Positions 37,830-45,508 of a stretch of DNA of 64,000 nucleotides are shown here, piece by piece. Every line of letters begins with the position of its first letter. Positions within the stretch are counted from its first letter, which is position 1. A program made the position numbers and the translations under genes. The DNA is from an uncultured Gammaproteobacteria bacterium (GTDB lineage Bacteria; Patescibacteriota; Microgenomatia; Daviesbacterales; UBA10151), in the NCBI GenBank assembly GCA_964390595.1, contig CAYMIA010000005.1, positions 3,586-67,585 on the forward strand, in the 5' to 3' direction. The notes under the pieces are model-generated. The model did not search any database, had not been told where the DNA came from, and saw nothing but the letters and a program-made list of their open reading frames with translations.

Positions 37830-39275
37830 ATGCATAAATTTGGATTAGATTTTGGAACGACTAATAGTGCGATTGCCATTGAAGATTCTGGGAGTGGGAA
37901 AGTTTTGGGGATTGATGATTTATCAGTGGATCCAAGAGTGATTAGGTCGATGCTTTATTTTAATAGAAGGGAGATTGTTTATGCTCCCAAAATTGCTCTA
38001 TCCAAGATTAAAATGCAACTTTTTGAACCAGGGGATTTTCACTGGGAGGGAGAGTTCAAGCCTTTAATTGGGGAAGCAGCGATTGAGAGATATCTCTCAG
38101 AAAATAAAAATAGATCCCAGGGAATTAAGCGGACCATTTTTACGGGCCGGATTATCAGCACTGAAACTGGTGAAGAAGTTAAAGGTGGGGCTGGGGCGGT
38201 TAGAGAATATTATGAGGAGATTGATTATGGAACAGGGAGACTTTTGCAGGCTCTAAAGACAGCCCTGAAGTCACCCTATTATAAAGGGACAACTATTTTT
38301 GGTCAGTATTTTTCATTGGAGGAGCTAATTTCAATCTTTCTAGGTCAAATAAAAAAGAAAGCTGAACAGCTTTTGGGAGAAAAGATAGATGAGGTGGTTT
38401 GTGGAAGACCCGTTCATTTTAGGGATGAAGAAGAAAAAGATCAGGCTGCTCAAGGCAGACTTGAGGAGGCACTAAAAAAAGCTGGCTTTAAAAAAATTAC
38501 TTTTGAATTCGAACCAGTAGCAGCAGCGAGGCAGTTTTTATCTCTAGCCACGAAAGGCCTGGCCTTGCGTGCCCAAACAGTGTTTGTGTTTGATTTTGGT
38601 GGAGGGACGCTGGATACAGCGATTGTTAAAGTTAGTCCTTCGACTGGCGCTCAGGATAAAAATGTTTTAGCAGCTGATGGAGTGTATATTGGAGGAGATT
38701 TGTTGAATGCGGATATTTTGAAAGCGAAGCTGTGGAAGTATTTTGGGGCGGAGGCTTATTATGGTGATCAAACGCAATTGATGCCCAGACATATTTATGA
38801 GGCTTTAAATTCTTGGTACTCAATTCCCAACTTAAACAATCCAGTAATGATGCAAATGCTAGAAAGTTTAGCTTATAAAAACACTGATCCAGAAGCTTTA
38901 AAGAGATTAATCTATTTGATTAAATCTAATTTAGGATTTGATTTATATGAGGCGATTGAAAAAGCTAAAAAGGAGTTATCTTCAAAGACAGAATCTGTGA
39001 TTGAATTTTCAAGTGGAATAATTGAGATTCAAGAAAAAATTACTAAGGAGGAGTTTGAAGAGATAATTGAACCGAGAGTGGTGGAGATTAGCCAGACAAT
39101 TTACCGGACTCTTAAAACCGCTGGAGTAGAACCAGAGGAGATTGATGTGGTGGTTAGAACTGGGGGATCAAGTTTGATACCTGTTTTTGAGACTTTGCTC
39201 ATTGAGATTTTTGGTCAGGAAAAGATTCAACAATTTGAAACTTTCACCTCAATTGCAGCGGGCTTAGCTCTATAG
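37830..39275 (+). CDS. Hsp70-family ATPase, nucleotide-binding domain only (YegD-like), no substrate-binding domain
   Basis: MHKFGLDFGTTNSAIAI (phosphate 1), FVFDFGGGTLDTAIVKV (phosphate 2), 481 aa. Confidence 0.65.
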   Translation: MHKFGLDFGTTNSAIAIEDSGSGKVLGIDDLSVDPRVIRSMLYFNRREIVYAPKIALSKIKMQLFEPGDFHWEGEFKPLIGEAAIERYLSENKNRSQGIKRTIFTGRIISTETGEEVKGGAGAVREYYEEIDYGTGRLLQALKTALKSPYYKGTTIFGQYFSLEELISIFLGQIKKKAEQLLGEKIDEVVCGRPVHFRDEEEKDQAAQGRLEEALKKAGFKKITFEFEPVAAARQFLSLATKGLALRAQTVFVFDFGGGTLDTAIVKVSPSTGAQDKNVLAADGVYIGGDLLNADILKAKLWKYFGAEAYYGDQTQLMPRHIYEALNSWYSIPNLNNPVMMQMLESLAYKNTDPEALKRLIYLIKSNLGFDLYEAIEKAKKELSSKTESVIEFSSGIIEIQEKITKEEFEEIIEPRVVEISQTIYRTLKTAGVEPEEIDVVVRTGGSSLIPVFETLLIEIFGQEKIQQFETFTSIAAGLAL

Positions 39276-39315
39276 TTGAATTGCTTTGGGGTTTAACATA
39301 TAATCTCGACTTACT

Positions 39316-40014
39316 ATGGTTGAAGTAGGAGATATTTGGGTACCAGAAGGTTGTTCAGAAGAGGTTTACCCAAGAGCTAAACAGTTATTAAATAGGGTGT
39401 TGTCTAAAGGACCAATTAAGAGGTATCAAATAAGAGCCCAAACGCCCCATGATAATGCGGTTAGTTTAAATTGGGCTTTTTTGCAGGAGAGGATTGGCCG
39501 GGGGTTGCTAGAAACTGTGGGACTTTGGGCTGTAAATGGTCAATACTCTGAGTCAGTTGGTTTGGGGTTAGATGAGGTTGATACTCAGTTGGGTTTGTCT
39601 AGGAGAGGAGGATTGAATGTGGCGTTGGAGTTGTTTAAAAAAGGAGATTTGGTTTTGCAATCTAACCGGAGATTTTTTGATAGGATGGATATGGCTGGTC
39701 AGTTATTTATTGGAAACCAGTTTATCTATAAAGGTGAAGATCATTATTTAAGATCAGTTAGAAGGATTAAGATAGGTTTTGCTGGAATTATTTTTGACAA
39801 TAACAGCCCATGGTTCGAGCTTCCTCCCACACCAAAATCTTTTGAAGATTTACCTCCAGTAGTAGTTAAGGGGGCGGTAAATAGTATGATCGAGGCCTAT
39901 AAAGCTTTTATTGAAGCTAGAGAGATGGATATGCAAGTTTTAACTCAAGAGCAAGTTGATACAGCCATGAAGTGGTCATATGGATGTGATTGGTTGTTAA
40001 AACAGAATAAATAA
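39316..40014 (+). CDS. hypothetical protein
   Basis: ORF, same strand and close spacing to the Hsp70-like gene. Confidence 0.4.
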   Translation: MVEVGDIWVPEGCSEEVYPRAKQLLNRVLSKGPIKRYQIRAQTPHDNAVSLNWAFLQERIGRGLLETVGLWAVNGQYSESVGLGLDEVDTQLGLSRRGGLNVALELFKKGDLVLQSNRRFFDRMDMAGQLFIGNQFIYKGEDHYLRSVRRIKIGFAGIIFDNNSPWFELPPTPKSFEDLPPVVVKGAVNSMIEAYKAFIEAREMDMQVLTQEQVDTAMKWSYGCDWLLKQNK

Positions 40015-40016
40015 TT

Positions 40017-40196
40017 ATGGAAAGAGACAGACCTAGAAAACCAGCCGAAGTGGTGATAGATAAGTTGAAAAGAAGTGGAGTGATTAGAACTGAAGATGAT
40101 CTAACTCCTGAGATGTTGCAGTTAATTAAAGAGTTGAATGAAGCGATTGAGTTGATTAAGCAATCATATGTTGAGCCAGAAGAAGAAGCAAGGTAA
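40017..40196 (+). CDS. small ORF (59 aa, below ORF-track cutoff): MERDRPRKPAEVVIDKLKRSGVIRTEDDLTPEMLQLIKELNEAIELIKQSYVEPEEEAR
   Basis: fills the gap between two same-strand genes; charged helical peptide. Confidence 0.25.
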   Translation: MERDRPRKPAEVVIDKLKRSGVIRTEDDLTPEMLQLIKELNEAIELIKQSYVEPEEEAR

Positions 40197-40199
40197 GAG

Positions 40200-40913
40200 A
40201 TGTTTCTAAGAGAAGCAGTTGAATTAGCCCGGTTGACCGGTATTCCCAGAGTAAGTGCAGGTGAGGTTTTGCCGCTCCATTTAATTTTGCGGGCTGAACC
40301 TTTAATTGCCCAGAGAAAAAATATGGCTGATGTTTTTTCTTATGTCCGCTCAAATCCGGGGGATGTAGTTAATCTATATGATGATTTAGATCAGGCGGTT
40401 GATCTGATTAATGTTTATTCAAATGGTCCTGAACCCGATCTGATATGTAAGGAGATGTGGGCAATTAGGAATTTAGGATTGCAACTACCCTACCCTTTTT
40501 TATATGCCAATGAGATAGAGCTTGAAGATAGACCTAAATATGACTTGGCTTTTGCAAAGGCATTAGTTTTAGGAAACCAATATATGAAAGTTAGAGAAGA
40601 GGTGGAAGATTCAAACCAACTTTCTGCTGAGATTAGAGAAAATGATCAGTGGTTAGAGTTTCATCTAAGAGCTAAAACTCTAAGGTCAAGGCTCGCTGCT
40701 ATGATGGTTCATGGATATGATATTTTTTTGAATCAATATACAGAAGGGGCGATAAAACTGGAACAGGGAGTTAATGCAATCTGTGAGGCGATGGCAGTTT
40801 ATAACCCAACTTCAAAGTTATATGAAATTTTAAAAGATCCGAATGATTTAGACTGGTATGCACCTGGGTATGGAATGTCAGATGAATTGTTAAAATTGAT
40901 AGGGAGGATTTAG
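40200..40913 (+). CDS. hypothetical protein
   Basis: ORF only. Confidence 0.4.
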   Translation: MFLREAVELARLTGIPRVSAGEVLPLHLILRAEPLIAQRKNMADVFSYVRSNPGDVVNLYDDLDQAVDLINVYSNGPEPDLICKEMWAIRNLGLQLPYPFLYANEIELEDRPKYDLAFAKALVLGNQYMKVREEVEDSNQLSAEIRENDQWLEFHLRAKTLRSRLAAMMVHGYDIFLNQYTEGAIKLEQGVNAICEAMAVYNPTSKLYEILKDPNDLDWYAPGYGMSDELLKLIGRI

Positions 40914-40914
40914 G

Positions 40915-41301
40915 TTGAACGAGACAAAAGAGCAGCGTTCGAAACGAATCTTAAATAAGTTAAAAGAGAAATATCCTGGAAAAGCTTGTTTTGATTTGGA
41001 TGGATCAGGTAATCATTTTGTTTGTGAGGTGGAACCGACTCAAGACCATCCAGAATATGATAAAGCAGTTGAGGTGATAATTGCTAGTAAACCACACAAG
41101 CATGAGAAGATGACCCAGTACTATACGATTCTTTCTGGGCAGTTAGAACTTTATGTTGGAGATAGGGTTGTTATTCTGAATCAGGGAGAAAAATACTCAA
41201 TAGAGCCTCCTAATATTCATTGGGCTAAAAGTGATAATGAGTGTTGGGTGGAGATACTTTCCAAACCAGGTTGGGTGAAAGAAGATCACATTCCGGTTTA
41301 G
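40915..41301 (+). CDS. cupin-fold small protein
   Basis: HKHEKMTQYYTILSGQLELYVGDRVVILNQGEKYSIEPPNIHWA resembles cupin motif pair. Confidence 0.4.
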   Translation: MNETKEQRSKRILNKLKEKYPGKACFDLDGSGNHFVCEVEPTQDHPEYDKAVEVIIASKPHKHEKMTQYYTILSGQLELYVGDRVVILNQGEKYSIEPPNIHWAKSDNECWVEILSKPGWVKEDHIPV

Positions 41302-41870
41302 TTTTTCTTTGCCTTTTCTTTTATGGTTTCTGCTATATCTGGAAGGGAGGTGATGCTTTGGGTGTCGTCGGCGGGGCCGGAAAAATGATCCATGTTGTGT
41401 TTGATAATAATTTTAGCGTTTAATTTTTCTTTAAAAATGTCAGCAAACTTAAGGGGAACATAGGGGTCATTATCTGAATGAATGGCTACAAAATAATCTG
41501 ATTTAGTTTTAATTCTTTCAAAATCGATTGGGGTTTGAAAAAAGTTGCTTAATTCCTTATAACCTAAATCATCTGTGAAACCAGCGACTAGCACTACCCC
41601 ACCGACTTTTTGGCCATTATTTAATTGTTCAAGATATCTTAGGATGGTGATACATCCAGAGCTATGGCCAATTAAAATTAAATCTTCATCTGGTTCACCC
41701 ACCGCCTCTTTTAATTTTGGTAACCAGAGATTGAGTTTGGGTAGATTAGTTTCTGGCATAGTCGGAACTTGCACTTCAAAACCTTTTTCTTCCAATTCTT
41801 TTTTAGTTTGGGGATACCAGCAATATTCAGGATAACCATCCCAACAATGAACAATAATTGCTCTTTTCAT
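41298..41870 (-). CDS. alpha/beta-hydrolase, RBBP9/YdeN-like serine hydrolase
   Basis: IIVHCWDG start, nucleophile elbow LIGHSSGC, ~190 aa, C-terminal D/H. Confidence 0.55.
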   Translation of the reverse strand: MKRAIIVHCWDGYPEYCWYPQTKKELEEKGFEVQVPTMPETNLPKLNLWLPKLKEAVGEPDEDLILIGHSSGCITILRYLEQLNNGQKVGGVVLVAGFTDDLGYKELSNFFQTPIDFERIKTKSDYFVAIHSDNDPYVPLKFADIFKEKLNAKIIIKHNMDHFSGPADDTQSITSLPDIAETIKEKAKKN

Positions 41871-41888
41871 TTCTAAACTATAGCAGGT

Positions 41889-42233
41889 TTAGTTTCTCAG
41901 GACGAGACTGGCTTCGGGGAAGGCTTCAAAATCATAAGACATATTTTTAATTCTTTGGAGGGTATAGTTGCCAGCATCTGACTGATAAGCTTCAGCGATT
42001 AAATTATTAAAGACCCTCCTCATGGTTTGGCGGTGTGACTTTAGGTCAAGATAGGGGTGGGTAGCGAGGACCCGGAATTCTAAAATAGTCCGCCAATACC
42101 TAATCATTGAGATCTCAGGGTTAATTGGAGCATGAAGGGTGGCTTCAACCTCTGGATAATAGACTTGGGTGAAATCAAGGTCTCTTTCGTCAACGGCTAT
42201 TTCAATGGAATTTTCTAGTAGTTTGCCAAACAT
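41889..42233 (-). CDS. hypothetical protein
   Basis: ORF only. Confidence 0.3.
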   Translation of the reverse strand: MFGKLLENSIEIAVDERDLDFTQVYYPEVEATLHAPINPEISMIRYWRTILEFRVLATHPYLDLKSHRQTMRRVFNNLIAEAYQSDAGNYTLQRIKNMSYDFEAFPEASLVLRN

Positions 42234-42295
42234 GAGCTGATATTATACAAATTTGGATTTGACAAGGCAAGCATAAAAGATTTAATCTGAAAAAC

Positions 42296-43201
42296 ATGCC
42301 CTATGGTGATGGTATTGAACGGATTGACTGTTTTTCTCTGACTGACTTTTATGATTTCGAGAGGTGTCCGTTTAGATTTTTTGTTAAGCATCATCTGGGG
42401 AAAAAATATGACATTGAAGCCGCATCTGAGGCGATGGCATTAGGAATCTTGTTAGATTTAGCGATCAAGAAATTTCACTCCTCTAAGGCTTATGGTCAAC
42501 CCGCTGCTTATTTAAGAAATTTAGTGATGGCGGCTTTTAATGAGGTTTGTGATAAGGTGGCAAAAAACTCTGGGGCCTCATTTTATTCAGCAATTATGCC
42601 CTTTTTAACTGATGAGCTATTGCATAAAGCTACAGAAATTTTCATTACTTATTACAGCGCGCTGGATTTTAAAATTAAACAAAGCTTTGCTGAAGTGGGA
42701 TTTTGTGAATGGATTATTCAAACTGAGGGTAGGGTTTTCAAGCTTTGGGGAGGACCAGATTGCTTTGAAATGGGGGAGGATGGAATACCTGAGATTGTGG
42801 ATTATAAGTCTAGGGAAGATGTGGAAAAGGGTAAAGATAATATGGATATGGACTTGATGCCTAAGTTATACACTTTGCTTTGTTGTAAAAAACTGCAACA
42901 GTTGGGTTACGCCAAGGCCAGATTTGTAGTTAGATTTTGGCAAGATCCACTGGAGGATAGTTTTTATGAGGAGTTTGAACTCTCTGATGTGAAGTCCTTG
43001 GAGCTAATTTTTAAGCAAAAAATAGATCAAATTGTCAATACAATTGAAGTTAAATTTTGTGAGAGCCCTTACTGCAGTGGCTGTAAACATGCAGACAAGA
43101 ATAAGTTTTTACATGAGTTGGAGAAACAGGGAATAAAGTATTTGTCTCCCACCGTTGTTCATGAAGGTGATGTGAGTTTAGGGTCTGCTTTGTCATCCTG
43201 A
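42296..43201 (+). CDS. PD-(D/E)XK nuclease with Cys cluster (Cas4/RecB-exonuclease-like), no CRISPR context
   Basis: N-terminal Cys (IDCFS, ERCPF), EIVDYKS (motif III hhDYK), C-terminal CESPYCSGC. Confidence 0.45.
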   Translation: MPYGDGIERIDCFSLTDFYDFERCPFRFFVKHHLGKKYDIEAASEAMALGILLDLAIKKFHSSKAYGQPAAYLRNLVMAAFNEVCDKVAKNSGASFYSAIMPFLTDELLHKATEIFITYYSALDFKIKQSFAEVGFCEWIIQTEGRVFKLWGGPDCFEMGEDGIPEIVDYKSREDVEKGKDNMDMDLMPKLYTLLCCKKLQQLGYAKARFVVRFWQDPLEDSFYEEFELSDVKSLELIFKQKIDQIVNTIEVKFCESPYCSGCKHADKNKFLHELEKQGIKYLSPTVVHEGDVSLGSALSS

Positions 43202-43235
43202 ATTGTAATGAAAATCCAATCCGAATCGAGAAGTT

Positions 43236-43736
43236 CTAGTTTGTGTAGTAGCTCTTTACTTGGAAGAGGATGTAGAGGGTGAGGAGGGAGCCGATGATGA
43301 GGCCAACGATGTTGAAGGAGAGAACGTTTTGGACTACACCGACCAGAGTGGCGTAATACATGAGCCGCCAAGATCTTCTTTGTTGTTTAAAGAGGCCTGG
43401 AAGAGCCATAATTTCTATTACCAAGACTACAATTGTTAAGGCTAGGTGCACAATGTAAAGAAAGCCAGCACTTAAACCGCCGAGGAAGCTGAATGGAGCA
43501 AGTAGTGCGCCGAGTCCTAAGAGAGCTAACAATACTGGGGCCGCTAAAATAATTAAAATTAAAGTAATCCAAGGACCAAATTTAACGATCGCATCTTTAG
43601 CGCCAGCAGGAAGAGCTGGGGCTTTTTTGATTAGATATAAATCTAGTTTGTCTTCGAGTTGACCTAACATGCTGTTAAAGCTATTACTTGTTGCCATATG
43701 TAGCTTAAGCGTAATATAGCTTGTTTGGCTTGTCAA
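43236..43736 (-). CDS. membrane protein (4 TM), hypothetical
   Basis: hydrophobic ORF. Confidence 0.4.
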   Translation of the reverse strand: MTSQTSYITLKLHMATSNSFNSMLGQLEDKLDLYLIKKAPALPAGAKDAIVKFGPWITLILIILAAPVLLALLGLGALLAPFSFLGGLSAGFLYIVHLALTIVVLVIEIMALPGLFKQQRRSWRLMYYATLVGVVQNVLSFNIVGLIIGSLLTLYILFQVKSYYTN

Positions 43737-43795
43737 GAAGGGATTTTTGAAAATGAGTTGATATTTGAGGGAAAGGAACCTTACAATACGTTGTT

Positions 43796-45079
43796 GTGGA
43801 TAACTTTAAAATTGTGGCCAAAGAGGGGAAGGCGAGAGCGGGAGTGCTGAAAACTGCGCATGGAGAGGTGGAGACACCAGTATTTATGCCAGTGGGGACG
43901 CAGGCTTCTGTTAAAGCCCTCTCCCCCGAAGATTTAAAGGAGGCTGGGGCCCAAATTATTTTGGGGAATACCTATCACTTATTTTTGAGACCTGGGTCAA
44001 AGGTAATTAGAAAGATGGGGGGGTTGCATAAATTTATGAATTGGTCCTCCCCTATTTTAACTGATTCTGGAGGTTTTCAAGCTTTTTCCTTAGGGAAGAT
44101 GATCTCTGATGGAATTAAGAAAGTGCCGTCACCCACTTCGCACCCTTATGGTAAGAAGAGAGTTGATTTGTCGGATAGTAGAGGGGTGTTGTCGAGGATG
44201 ACTGAGGAAGGGGTGGAGTTTAAGAGTCATTTGGATGGATCGACGCATCTGTTAACTCCTGAGGTTTCAATGGAGGTCCAATTGGACTTAGGGTCAGATG
44301 TGGCTTTAGTTTTAGATGAACTCCTCTCCCCTATTGCCACTCCAGAATATGTTAAAGAGTCTTTGGAGAGAACTCACAGATGGGAGATCCGTTCTAAGGA
44401 ATATTTTGAGAAAAATTTGAGAAGTTCAACCAACCCAGGTGCTCAACTGTTTGGGATTTTACAAGGTGTTTACGATCAAGAGATTAGAGAAAATGAAGCC
44501 CGCTGGATAGCTTCTCAAGATTTTGCGGGGGTTTCTATTGGTGGGAGTTTTGGGGTATCTGAAAATTGGCCCGCTTCGACGAGCGAGCGAGGCGAGGGTG
44601 GTGAGGAAACTAATTGGACTGCCATTAAATCTATTACTGATACCCTGGACTGGGTGATGCCCCATTTGAGTGAGGAGTGGCCAAAGCATATTTTAGGGAT
44701 TGGAGAGGTGGAAGATTTTTTTGAGTCAGTAGAACGGGGGGCAGATATGTTTGATTGCGTGGCTCCAACTAGAAGAGCCAGAAATGGTTCATTATATATA
44801 GGTAGGGAAAGTGGGGGGAGTAAGAAAGGTAAGTTTGTACTAAATATCACACGGGCAGAATTTAGCTCTGACCCCTCCCCTATTGATCCAAAATGCAATT
44901 GCTATACTTGTCAGAATTTTTCCAGAGCTTACTTAAGGCATCTGTATATGTCTGGCGAACTCCTTTACTTTAGACTGGCAACTATTCATAATGTTTATTT
45001 TATGTGTCATTTAATGGAACAAATTAGAGATTCAATAAAAAATGGACAGTTTAAAAAATTAAAGGCTAAATGGTTATGA
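43796..45079 (+). CDS. tgt: queuine tRNA-ribosyltransferase, with a 16-codon GC-rich insertion
   Basis: ETPVFMPVGTQASVKAL, ILGNTYHLFLRPG, MFDCVAPTRRARNG, zinc site CNCYTCQNFSRAYLRHL; extra NWPASTSERGEGGEET between the GG and LGIG motifs. Confidence 0.85.
   Translation: MDNFKIVAKEGKARAGVLKTAHGEVETPVFMPVGTQASVKALSPEDLKEAGAQIILGNTYHLFLRPGSKVIRKMGGLHKFMNWSSPILTDSGGFQAFSLGKMISDGIKKVPSPTSHPYGKKRVDLSDSRGVLSRMTEEGVEFKSHLDGSTHLLTPEVSMEVQLDLGSDVALVLDELLSPIATPEYVKESLERTHRWEIRSKEYFEKNLRSSTNPGAQLFGILQGVYDQEIRENEARWIASQDFAGVSIGGSFGVSENWPASTSERGEGGEETNWTAIKSITDTLDWVMPHLSEEWPKHILGIGEVEDFFESVERGADMFDCVAPTRRARNGSLYIGRESGGSKKGKFVLNITRAEFSSDPSPIDPKCNCYTCQNFSRAYLRHLYMSGELLYFRLATIHNVYFMCHLMEQIRDSIKNGQFKKLKAKWL
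44570..44611 (+). mobile_element. short GC-rich insertion B3 inside tgt flanked by 6-bp direct repeats AATTGG (44564-44569, 44612-44617)
   Basis: 42 nt of ~70% GC (CCCGCTTCGACGAGCGAGCGAGGCGAGGGTGGTGAGG); direct repeats 48 nt (16 codons) apart; coding-strand AGGCGAGGGTGGTGAGG resembles AGGCGAGGAGGGTGACGG of the pcrA insertion. Confidence 0.35.
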
Positions 45080-45375
45080 TTGAGGTAGATTTTAAGCAAG
45101 TTTGTCCAGCGCTCAGAAGAATGAAGAACGAGGATCTGGTTGGTCAGAGGTCACATTATTTAATTAGAATTGATCCAACTAATGAGAGGAGTTCAAGTAA
45201 CTTATGTTTAATGGGGGCTTTTGCAGATAGGATGACTCCACAGGGTGATTTTTATCCAAGTGCCCAAGTGGTCTCCGCTAGAACTAGTGGTTTGGAAAGA
45301 AAGTATGTAGTGCAGGTTGGCTGTAGAGGTTGTTCATTGGTACCTAGAGGGTTTTCATTGGAAATAGAGAAGTGA
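45070..45375 (+). CDS. hypothetical small protein (may be spurious)
   Basis: ORF overlapping tgt stop; no motif. Confidence 0.2.
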   Translation: MVMIEVDFKQVCPALRRMKNEDLVGQRSHYLIRIDPTNERSSSNLCLMGAFADRMTPQGDFYPSAQVVSARTSGLERKYVVQVGCRGCSLVPRGFSLEIEK

Positions 45376-45383
45376 GATGGATC

Positions 45384-45412
45384 TTGACTTTGGTAGTTTA
45401 GTTTGGTAATAT
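45384..45412 (+). promoter_or_regulatory. sigma70-like promoter upstream of rpoB: TTGACT-17 nt-TAATAT
   Basis: consensus-like hexamers with 17-nt spacer ~95 nt upstream of the rpoB ORF. Confidence 0.4.
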
Positions 45413-45508
45413 TCTTTCAATTGAATACATTTAATGGTAGACGTACTTCGTATGTGCGTTTTTTTGTGAATGTAGCCAGTTGATCTGCCTTTAAAGAGCC
45501 ATCTACTT

